Program-made: the position numbers and the translations under genes
In this document: in pieces, positions 22,749-32,749 of the stretch
Position numbering within the stretch: the first letter of the stretch is position 1
Layout: every line of letters begins with the position of its first letter
DNA from: Jimgerdemannia flammicorona
Taxonomy: Eukaryota
Direction: 5' to 3'
NCBI GenBank assembly: GCA_003990765.1
Contig: RBNJ01000337.1
Span: 1 to 32,749, forward strand
Length of the DNA stretch: 32,749 nucleotides
The notes under the pieces: model-generated
Seen by the model: the letters and a program-made list of their open reading frames with translations, nothing else
The model's database searches: none
What the model was told of the DNA's origin: nothing

Positions 22749-24779
22749 ATGGTGACCAACGAGCATCTGGAGGTGCATACTGGGCAGGGTGGCCCTGGAG
22801 CATTTGAATAGCAGCAAGTGGGGAGAGGCCCCGGCTTGGGGGGAAGTATGAGGGGCCTGCTGGCGGGGGGCCATGGTGGAAGAGGGAGCGGAGCTGGAGG
22901 TCAAGGGTCTGGCAGAGTGAGCTTTGCGGAGAAGGTGAAGGGGGGTCAGCAGGGAGCAGGACTGGAGAGCTGGCTGAGAGGGAGGAAGGTACCGGTGATA
23001 GCTTCCAGGCAGCAACCTTTTGGGGGTGCCTCTCTGGAGGGCCATAGGAGTGGAGCTGGGGGGGTAGCGGCTGGGGCGGGGACTGCTGATGGGAGTGTGA
23101 CGGGTGATCTGGAAAAAAATCTAGATGGGACTGCTGATGGTGAGCCGAGCTGTGGGAAGGGCACGAGGCCCAGGGACCTGGCGGATGGTGTAATGGGACT
23201 GGCGGTGGCCCTATTACTCAAGAAGTTGATTTCGGCATTCACAGTCATGCTGTGCTTCTGGGGCTTAGCAGTGATGACAAAAATGGTGTTGGGGCTTATC
23301 GCTAAGCAGGTGGCGGGAGCGGCTTTGGTAAAATTTCTGAAGGGACTGGAGGGAGTGGAGGTGGGATTTGAGGAGGTAGAACTGCTGGAGGAGGCGCTGA
23401 AGGTTGGGTTAGTGGTTGGGGAGGTGTACGTTCCAATGGCGAGGTATTTGAAATGAGATCCGAGGGTGGTCCAACTGCTGGTGAAAGGAGTACCCATGGT
23501 GACGGTGATGGAGATGAGGAAGAGAGTGGAGGATGTCATGGCGGAGTATGGAGAGGTGGTGGATATCGGATTCAGAGTCTGAGAAGGGACCACACTCAGG
23601 ACTGGGAATGTGGATGTGAGGATTTGGCTGGCTGGGAAAGAGGCTACTGGGAAGACAAGGGACTGGCCCTCGGTGTTGGTCTGGGGGGCTTTCCTGTGCA
23701 AGGTGACATGGGTGAAAGGAAGTGAAGAAGAGGAGGAAGATTTATTGGAAGCACTGGAGGAGCTGAATGGGGCTGTGGAATGGCAAGCTAAGGCCTGGAA
23801 GACTTTCGAGAAGTCGACGCTCCTGGAGGTGGTGGATGGAAAGAGGATTCGAGTGGACAAGGTGCAGTGGGAAAGGGCTCAGGGGCAGAAGAGGCAGAAG
23901 GATTTGCTGGCTAAGCTGGGGGGTGGACCACAGAAGGATGCGAGCATGAAGACAGGTACAGAAGGGGCCGGAGCAAGTGTCTGGGCTGGTGCGAGGAGTG
24001 GGAACGAAGGGGCAGGGTCAGGGCAGGCTAAGGAGGTGCAGATTAGAGACCTATATGCTGACGGCACCTTGGAGATTTGGGATGACAGCTGGGAGAACTC
24101 CCCCACCCCTTCCCCTCTAATCAGATGGGGCCCGGCTTCCAGGAACAAGCCTGGGGAGGATGTGACGATGCTGGGAACCCAGCAGGTGAAATTCAGCATT
24201 CTGGAGGTGTTGGGTGGGGACCAAGTAGTGGCGGCAGGGGAGGAGGAACTGGTGGATGTCCCAGAGGTGTGGGATGAGGACGCGAGTGTGGGAGTGGACA
24301 CCATGATGCTAGATGGAGGGAGGCTGGCGACCCCTGGTGGAAAGGAGGTGGGGAACCTACTTTGGATGTGCCGGATGATGAATAACCTGGCAGCAGAAGA
24401 GCTGGGGGAGGTGGACTTGCGTGGGATGGGTGATGAGCACTGGATGAGAATTTTGCAGGGGGAAGGAGTGGCAATGGTGCTGAAGGCGGAAATTCTTGCG
24501 GTATATCTGGAGGAGGAAGGGTATGAGGTGGATAAGGAGAGGGAGGCAGAGTTGGCAGTGGTCACTGGGGAGAAGGCTGAGTACTGTTGGAACAGGCATC
24601 ATGGGTTATAGCTTTGGCAGGAGGCTTGCATCAAGTACCGAAAGGAGTTTGAGGAGAAGGCTGATGAGGAGATGAATGAGCTGTTGGCTGGACTAGAGGC
24701 TCAGAGGGCTGAAGAGGAGGAGGTGATGGCTGAACATCATCTGGATATAGCACAGGAGGAGAGGGGCATGGAGCAGTAG
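22749..24779 (+). pseudogene. LINE ORF1 (~676 aa, RRM-like)
   Basis: Single frame from ATG 22749 with internal stops at 22809, 23454, 23580 and 24609. VSFAEKV motif. RRM-like LLVKGVP...VEDVMAEYGEVVDI...TGNVDVRI. Confidence 0.8.
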
Positions 24780-24810
24780 GGATTAATTGAGAACCAACCG
24801 TATTTTTATT

Positions 24811-27800
24811 ATGAACAGTACAACCAACATTTTTTCTTTGAACATGAATGGGCTAAGGGGTGCAGTTAGACACAGGAACATTTTTCTTTGGTTGAAGGAA
24901 TTGGAGGCCGATCTCTTCCTCTTGCAGGATGTCAGGTGCGAGGATGACGCTGATAGGATGGAATGGACTAAGGAATGGGGTGGTATGGTGATTTGGAATA
25001 GCAAGGTTGGGATTCTGGTTCGGAAAGGCAGAGGGGAGATAAAGGATGTGAGGAGCTGGGGGGAGAGACTGGTCTGGGGTGAGTGGATTTGAGCAGATTG
25101 GGAGCCGGTCACAGTTGGCTCCTATTACTGCCCTGCAGTGCGGGGGGAGCATGTGGATTGGGTGAAAGGGCTCCTGGAGAGTGGGATCCTTACTGAAGCT
25201 GGGTTGGATATGCTTGGAGGAGATTTCAATATGGTTTGAGATGTACGGCTGGATAGAACTGATGGAGGATGGGGTGTGGAGAGTAGGAGTGGAGGGTTAG
25301 CAACGTGGGAGGAGGTTGAAAGGCTAGGAGCACTGGTGGATGCTGGTAGGGAGCACTGGGGGGACAGGAGAGTATATATGCATTGGGCTGGAGGTCTGGG
25401 GACAAGGATTGACTGGATTCTGACAGCCGACTGTTGGGGCCATGATGTCTGGAAGGTGATAGAGGTAGAATGGTGTCCATGGTCAGATCACTGGGACCTC
25501 TTGGGACAGGGGTGTTTTGGGGGAAGTAGAGATGGGCCTGGACATTGGCGCCTGAATTTCTCCTTGTTGGATGATGAGGTCTGGTGGGAGGAGTGGGCAA
25601 AAGACATTCAGTTGAAGGTGACGAATTGGCGGCAGGAAGGGGCCGCAATTGGGGTTTGGTGGATGAGGATGAAAGAGATAGCCAGGATGTATTGGAGCGA
25701 GGTTGGCAGAGTGGCTGGGAGGCAGCAAAGGCAGAAAGTGCATTGGGCTTCTACTAGATTGGCTAGGCTCCTGGAGGAGTGGGCGAGACTGGCTGCAGTG
25801 GAGGGAGAAGAGGATTGGAGAATAACGAGGGTGAAGATGGAGGTTGGGGAACTGCAACAGGTGCTGCAGGAAGAGAAAGAGTCAAGGGTGCAAGGCCTGG
25901 TGGCATGGCTTCATTGGCAGGGGGTGGAGGAAGGGGAAAGGCCTTCCAAGTTTCTCACAAGGACACTTTGAGTGAGAAGAGTACAGCAGCAGTGGGAAGG
26001 GGTACTTGACTTGGATGATGTACTAGTGCATGGTGTACAGGACATCCTTGGAATGCTGAAGGCGCGATGGAGTAGATTGTGGAGTGAGGAGGAGGGTGGG
26101 GCGGATGCTACAGCCATTGACCAAATATTAGAAGATTGGCACCCACCACGAGCTGAGGGACTAGGTGATCTGGTGATGCCTGTAAAGGAGGATGAGATCT
26201 ACCAGGTTCTTGCCGTGACAGCCTTGGGTATGGCGCCTGGGGAGGATGGCCTCCCCTGGGATTTCTGGAAGCGAATGGTTGGAGTCCCAGGCATATTGGG
26301 GGAGCTGATGGTACTGTGTGACTCTATATTGCAGTCAGGGAGATGGGTGGGGGAGCAAGACCTTGGGCTGGTGATGCTGCTTTATAAGAACAAGGGAAGG
26401 CAAGAGGATTGGAAGAACTGGCAGCCGATAATGTTGCTAGATATGGACAGGAAGTTGGTGACTAAGGTGGTGGTTGCAAGGCTACAGAAGGTGGCCCAGC
26501 AAATTGTGGGTGTTGAACAGAGGGGCTTCATAGGGGGTCGGCTCATTAGAGATGGCATGGCCTGGGTACATGGAGTTATTGAAGGTGTTTTAGCCTGTGG
26601 ACTGGATGGGCATCTTGTCTTCTTGGATCAGGAGAAGGCTTATGACCGGGTGCGGCAAGTCTGGCTGGCGAAAGTATTAGATAGAATTGGAGTTCCGGCC
26701 CCATTTCGGTCGGCGATGGTCAGCCTACTAGAAAGGAGTAGGGCTGCGCTCGTGTGCAATGGGCATCGAGGGGTGGCTTTCCCTCTGGGTAGGGGAGTGC
26801 CCCAGGGGGACCCACTGTCCCCCATTTTGTATGCTCTTTCCTTGGAACCTCTTATGGACAGGATTCGGCGGAGGATCGTGGGGCTCTCTATCTATGGAGT
26901 TGGCTGGAAAGTTGGAGCCTTTGTGGACGACATAGTGGTTGGTTTGGGAGTGACTGAGGATGTTGAGGAGCTCCAGAAGACAGTGGAGTGGTATGAGGCG
27001 AACTCTGGGACAAAGCTGAATTGGCACAAGTGTGAAATAATGGTGCTGGGCAATGGCTTGGTGGATGGAGAAGTTATTGGAACAATTGTCCCCACCGGAG
27101 AGGCAGTGTGGTACTTGGGCATCTATTTGTTGGTCTATGGGTCTGTTTTGCCCAGGCTGTAGTGGGAGCAGAGGATTGGAATTTGGGAGGAGGACTTGCG
27201 GGGTTGGGGGGGTAGACACTTCTCTCTGGCAGGAAGGATCTCGATTTTGAATGTTTACTGGCTGCCGAAGATGTGGTATTTGGCCTATCATCTGGACTTC
27301 CCAGCCTGGGTGGTAAAGAGATTGGTGAAGGTGGCCAAAGGATGGATTTGGGCTGGCAGACGGAGTCAGATTGGTTGGGAGACTCTGTCCCTACTGGTGG
27401 CAAGAGGTGGTCTTGGGCTGGTGGACTTCTCCAAGAGACTACACTGCTTGTGGGCTTGGTGGCTGAGGAGAGTGGTGGAGTTGCATGGAGGGGGCTGGGT
27501 CCCCTTGCTGCAGAAGATATGGGAGAGGAGGACATCACCTAGAGGCTTAACTGGTGATCTTCTTTCATTAGTTGGGCTTCAGAACACTGTGTAACTGAGA
27601 TATAAAGGCTTCTGGTGGGGTATAGCCAAGGGGGTACACTGCATTGGTATTCGCTGACGAGAGGATGAGGGGGAGAGGGCTTGGGGCCCAGCAATGTGGA
27701 GATGGGATAGCATTCTTCTGGGAGGCATGCCTTTACTGGAGTTCAACATTTGTGATGGCATCAAATGCCAAAGGAGACTGGGCCAGGATCTGTGGCCTAG

Positions 27801-28467
27801 TGGTTGGCAAGGAGTTGGAATTGGTGAGGAGTGGAACTGGCATGGGGTTTGGACCTGGAGTGCCACAGTGAAAAATTGGATGCCGCCAAAGTACTGGATA
27901 GTCTGGTGGCGTGTGCTGAGGAGGAATGTGATGCTTAACTTCTGCTCAGGACACCTTGTTGTCAGGGGCTGCTTTGACTGTGAGGAGTGCCATAATGTAG
28001 AGCAGGAAGGGGGATTGGTACAGACGCCAGAACATTGGCTAGGGGAGTGTGAGGTGTTGGGAGACTTTTGGCAGGCCATTGGGGACCGCTTGGGGGTAAG
28101 GCGTAGGAGTGATAATGTACGGGGGAGGTGAGAGGACCTGAGGGATCGATTGATAGGAGGGGTAGGGGAGGAGTGGATTACGCTAGGCTGGACATTGGCT
28201 ATTTGGGTTGGGCTGGCCGGCCACTGGCTATTTGTATTTGAGGAGAGGGAGTGACAGTGCTTGGGGAGCCGGTTAGCAAGATGGCAGTTCCTTATGGAGG
28301 ATACCTTGACAGGCTGGTGGCATGGTTGGGGGCTGCAGGGGAGTTGGAGGTGCCACTTGATGGTGAAAATCTGTGGTCAGAGTGGTGGGAGAGTTGGAGT
28401 TGTTGGTGAGAGGGTGGTCTTTATACATGAAGAGGTGGGGTGGGGCCCCCTGATGGGGATCGGTTAG
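24811..28467 (+). pseudogene. LINE ORF2 (~1218 aa: APE endonuclease, RT, C-terminal zinc finger)
   Basis: SLNMNGL, LLQD, GGDFN, RIDWIL, SDH; APGEDG, LDQEKAYDRV, GVPQGDPLSP, FVDD; FSLAGR, GGLGL, CFDC...HWLGEC. 8 in-frame stops (25090, 25237, 25969, 27160, 27592, 27655, 28129, 28252) and no frameshift. Confidence 0.93.
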
Positions 28468-28549
28468 TGGGTGGGGATATTGTATACTTATTCATAGACT
28501 GTAATAAAGACAGAGTCCAAGGGACTATAAAAAAAAAAAAAAAAAAAAA

Positions 28550-28730
28550 GCTCTCAAGCCCAAGCCCCTGTTGGCTCTTAAGTCTAAGCCTCTGTCAGCT
28601 CTTAAGTCCAAGCTCCTGCTGGCTCTCAAGCTTAAGCTTCTGCTGATCCTCAAGTCCAGACTCTTGCTGACTCTCAAGCCCAAGCCTCTACCAGTCCTCA
28701 AGTCTCTGCTAGTCCTCAAGCTCTGGCCCT
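28550..28730 (+). repeat. 24-bp tandem repeat (~7.5 units), decayed APEPEPPP coding repeat of gag C
   Basis: Units such as GCTCTCAAGCCCAAGCCCCTGTTG and GCTCTTAAGTCTAAGCCTCTGTCA. Reversing transitions gives GCC CCC GAG CCC GAG CCC CCG CCG, continuing ...CCT CCG at 22673-22678. Confidence 0.8.
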
Positions 28731-29139
28731 AAAGTCAAGAAGAGGGTAATGTATTATAAGTTATCATAATTATAAAGTATATAATAAAACATACTATACT
28801 ATTTTCAAAATATGCTAATATCTTAATTCTCTAACCTTTCTCCAGACAAAAGACCATATAATAATATATATTAAATGATAGCTACTATAGTCAGATATGC
28901 TGGGAATACTTGAATAAATGTGAGATTATATCAGAAATACTTAAATTATATATCAGATACTAGGGTCATACTAAGAATAAATAAATAGTATAAAAATAAA
29001 TAGATTATATACATATTATAAATAAAAAGATTAATAATATATATAAGATTAATAATATAAGATTTAAATTAAATTGAACTCTCAATTTAATTTGACTTAA
29101 ATCGACTCTATTTTAATTCAATTCAAATTGATTTGATTT

Positions 29140-30520
29140 ATTTGAGAGTACTATCAATACTAATAGCCTCAGTACTATTATAAATCTATTACTAAGAATA
29201 TTAAGTCTACCAAAAATCACTATAGAAGATCTAACAATAACTCTATCAAAGCTACCAACTTATGAACTAATTACTAAGTTTAGCTACCTTGGTAATATTA
29301 TAAAAAAAAAACAACTGTATATCACACTACCTCTAAGATAATAATACTTAAAGAAAGACTACTACTATTCTACTATATAAGTGATAAAAATAGTAGAATA
29401 ATATTAGTAGATAAAAAGATAGTAGCTCTGGCTAAGTAGTCATACTTACTCAAGTCCTCTGCCTCAGTATTAAAATAAACAAACTTACAAAAGGTCTCCA
29501 ACTTATATTATTTAAAGATAAAGTAGACTAAGTAATAATATTTATAGAATAAGTTGATACTAATTATTATATTAATAAATAAAATAATAATCAGAACTCA
29601 GATAGTACTCTTAATAATAATAAGTACTATGAGATTGAAGATCTCTATATAACTGTAGGCTCATAAGTAAAAAAAGTTATCACTCATTTTATAGACATAG
29701 CTACTCAATAGTAGTACAATCTTCCAGTATACCCTCTTATCTAGAAAACTTATACTGAAATTAATATAAGTAAAGGAGATAATAATTGCTCTAACTATGA
29801 AGTCTATTCAGCTAACATAGACCTAAAGGAGCTGATTATTCAATAGTTCTACAGCTCTGCCTATATTGTCAAAGCCAGAACTAAGCTCAAGAATCTCTGA
29901 TTCTACAATAATAAAAAAGAAGACTTAGAAGTATTTATAATAAGATTAGAAACTCTCTTGAATACTATAAAAGTAGAATATAGCTAATAAAAATAAATCA
30001 TGAATAGAACTAGAGTAGTATACTTCTTTAATACTATCTCTGGATAGTTATCAAAGAAGATCTGAGAGCAAGAATAATTCTATAATTGTCTACATAAACA
30101 ATAGTACTTAGGATAAGCTATTATTAGAGTATATATTATCTTAGTAGCTCAAAGACTAAGAGACAATAGAAATAACAATAAAGAAGACAAGTGAGGTCAA
30201 TTTGAGAAGAGATATAAATCTCAGAATAACTCTCTAAAATTATAAGAAATTATTTAATAAGAAAATAGAGAAATTTAAAAAGAAAGAAATATATTATCAC
30301 TATAAAAAGAGGAGACATATGTCTTATAAATACTCTGACAAGAAGACCAATATGAATAAAGAACCATCCTTCTTAATACTATTACTATGATAGGAGATAA
30401 CTCCAAAGAAATCTCTGAGAAAATCAAGATCAAGAAATTTCACATTACTATAAAAATTTCAGACAAAGTATATAAATCTGATACTGGCTATAATCTCTAC
30501 TCAATATAGATAGAGATTAT
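29140..30520 (+). pseudogene. gag: Highly decayed gypsy gag-protease relic (A/C-related)
   Basis: Capsid-like VKKVITHFIDIATQ**YNL and LKELIIQ*FYSSAYIVKARTKLKNL. Decayed knuckle YYHYKKRRHMSYKY (<CYHCxKxGHMSYxC) at ~30290-30335. DTG at ~30480. Confidence 0.65.
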
Positions 30521-31388
30521 TATTATATAAAGTATAAATATAAAAGTAATATTAAAATAATAATATAGTATTTATATTATAGTTTTACTTAATAGATCTC
30601 AACTAGCTTTTAATCAAATATCAGAATTATATATTCTTTTTAATATTAATAGAAACTATTTATTAATATTATTAAAAGTATTACTTATATTTAACTAGTT
30701 TTTTTACTTTATATAAAAATCTCTAACTATTTATCTTTATGAAGTCTGATCATATATTAATCTCTTACTTCAACCCTGGTTATTCAATATTATAGTTCTC
30801 TTCTGACTTTATACTATATATTATATTTCTAGCTCAGAATATTAAAACATTAACTTTCATTCTTATTTCTTATCTAATCTTATTATAATAACTTATATAT
30901 AGATAAGAAGTATGATTCTAAAATAAGTTCAGTATAGTATTATAAGATTTCTATAATCTGATAGTATTAAGAAGAGAAAGATATACTAAGAAAGATGAAA
31001 TATTCAAGTTAAAAAGTAGATATATATATATATTACTGAAAGAGTGAATTTGGAGATTGTGAACATAAACTAAAAGATGAGTATAGCAATTGAGAAGCTA
31101 GATATAATTTTTGAAGATTATATATTTTGAGAATAATTAATTATATTTGATAATTACTGCATATTGACATTATTATAGAATAAACTTCTCAATCATATCC
31201 ATTGAATTTCCTCACTAATTTTATTTTTTTTTCTCACTAAAAAATTTTCACCAGCCCCAATTGTTGGAGGCGACGAATTGAGAAGGCTCAGAATTCCGCT
31301 GCTGTCGGAGCCGCTTGTAGACCTTTTGCAGCTTACGATGTATACTTTTGGCATTTCTGCTAATAGATGTCGAGAAACGTTGAAAACG

Positions 31389-31481
31389 TTGTTGCGGCTA
31401 GTGGATGTATTGTTGCGGCTAGCAGATGTGTGCCTAGTGGATGTATTGTTGCGACTAGCAGATATGTTGCGGCTAGTGGAA
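31389..31481. repeat. Imperfect ~21-bp tandem repeat (TTGTTGCGGCTAGYRGATGT)
   Basis: About five units of 15-21 nt with CpGs retained. Confidence 0.8.
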
Positions 31482-32382
31482 CCCCTAATTAAGATAATAA
31501 GGAAGAAACGTGGCTTTCCCATGTCCCATTCTTCCCATCCTATCCTTCTCGTCTTTTCACCTTCTCTGCCACCCCCCCCCGGCCAGGTTGGCATTCTTCT
31601 GGACAGAAACCATGCTGCACTGGTTGATTGTCCTGGCGCGTCATCTGTGAAAGGGTCGCTCATCACACTGGATATTTGCTGCATTCATGGTTCGGAACGT
31701 TCCAAAAAAAAAAAAAAAAAAAAAAACCAGTATACGTTCCAGAATGGTTTTTTGTATGCACGATTCCACCATAACACTTACCTTGCGCTATCCTTTCAGT
31801 CACGTCCACCGCAACCCCGTGGTCTTCCGGTGATCCAGAGGCCTGCATATTATGCTCGGTGGCGGTGAAAGTGATATTGAGGGTTATGGCGCCTGCGTAA
31901 GAGAGCACAATATATTTTCGATTCGAGATTCCATAAACCGTCACGTTGGTTCCGATTCAATAAAGGATTTTGAATGACATTTTTGTGTTGCGCAAGAAAA
32001 CGAAGGTATTTTCTAAGGAATGGAGATCATAGCTCACTGAATGGATAACCTTATACAGGAGCCTTGAGGTGAACTGGTTCGGATTCTTGGAGGAAGTTGG
32101 ATATAGCAAAGTAGATTGAATCAAATAAGTAAATATTCTAAATCAATCGTTCTAATCGCAGCATCAAAGGCCAACTATGTACCCAGAGTTGCGCTTCTCG
32201 AAAATGGGGGACCACCACACCACTCTTTATACGACAGCGTGATGCTCTGTATCTGCCCACTAAAAACACACATAAGCGTACCCAGAGTAGAAGAACTCCA
32301 TCGACCGGTTCCTAGAGTAGCAGCATCCGTTTCCTCTGTGGAACAATAGACTAAATCATCCACCTCCTAATACGAACCAACA

Positions 32383-32685
32383 TCAAGGAAAAAACATGAC
32401 CTTCGCTAAACCTACATTTATTTCTATTTCCTTTCCTTGTTGTCTTCTTGCTACTCTCCCCCAGCCTCCCCCTCTCAATCCACTGCTCTCCCCGCTCTCA
32501 TTGCTGGCTTGCCATTCACCCGCCTCAAACCTGTCTGCCCACCACCTGATCTCGGCCTCTACCAGCGCCATACAACGCTCCTGCTGCACATCCGTCGGGC
32601 AGGTCAAACATAGCTGCCGCATGTTTGGCGAGTCGAGTAACTGGAGCTGGTTGCTCAAGAAGGCCCAGTAGGTGTTGCCGAGGAC
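32383..32685 (-). CDS. Probable exon of an unidentified host gene entering from the right edge
   Basis: Branch-like ACTGAC and a CAG acceptor (32686-32688) are followed by the open frame VLGNTYWAFLSNQLQLLDSPNMRQLCLTCPTDVQQERCMALVEAEIRWWADRFEAG. CpG-rich. The exon may end at a GTGAAT donor near 32519 or at the stop at 32383. Confidence 0.45.
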   Translation of the reverse strand, partial: VLGNTYWAFLSNQLQLLDSPNMRQLCLTCPTDVQQERCMALVEAEIRWWADRFEAGEWQASNESGESSGLRGGGWGRVARRQQGKEIEINVGLAKVMFFP

Positions 32686-32749
32686 CTGACGAAGAGGGTG
32701 CCCACAAACATGTCAGTTATCTGATTCTCGCCCCCCCACGAAGACGGAA

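Larger units (their letters stand above)
22679..28549 (+). mobile_element. Full-length L1/Tx1-like non-LTR retrotransposon
   Basis: ~70-nt 5' UTR, ORF1, ORF2 (APE-RT-CCHC, no RNase H), AATAAA at 28503-28508, A21 tail at 28529-28549. The 5' boundary is inferred from gag continuity. Confidence 0.93.

Noticed and set aside
22686..28079. Long minus-strand ORFs (e.g. 22946-23860, 304 aa; 23879-24565, 228 aa)
   Set aside because: Ser/Pro/Thr-rich shadows of the G-rich LINE sense strand with no domain motifs.
24811..28467. Alternative genetic code or stop read-through in the LINE ORFs
   Set aside because: All three stop types occur and each is one transition from a sense codon; DGAT2 uses the standard code.
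28550..28730. CRISPR-like appearance of periodic repeats (also 31389-31481)
   Set aside because: Head-to-tail units without unique spacers, in a eukaryotic context with no cas genes.
31193..31868. Opposing 163-aa and 196-aa ORFs
   Set aside because: Held open by a tandem repeat and a poly-A run; low complexity with no recognisable domain.

Overview
Eukaryotic, most likely fungal, genomic DNA. An early-diverging Mucoromycota-type fungus is inferred from the DGAT2 protein and the TE repertoire; this is not proven. One intact host gene, a 4-exon DGAT2/DGA1 diacylglycerol acyltransferase (minus strand, 14158-15829), sits in a CpG-rich island. It is flanked by nested retroelements that are heavily C>T/G>A mutated. 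Left of the gene: an internally deleted Ty3/gypsy (A, minus) fused head-to-head to a near-complete dUTPase-carrying Ty3/gypsy (B, plus, ~1.55-kb LTRs). Right of the gene: a Ty1/copia relic whose tiny LTR is interrupted by a 1.27-kb poly(A)-tailed non-autonomous retroposon with a clear TSD; a third gypsy (C, same family as A) inserted in the copia; a full-length L1/Tx1-like LINE inserted in C's gag; a gag-protease relic; and a probable exon of another host gene at the right edge. Most notable: both long gypsy LTR families appear to carry a decayed protein-coding ORF inside U3, each behind its own TATA box and sharing a short motif. Also notable are a LINE-dependent non-autonomous element and RIP-like hypermutation extending beyond CpG. 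All alignments and translations were done by eye.
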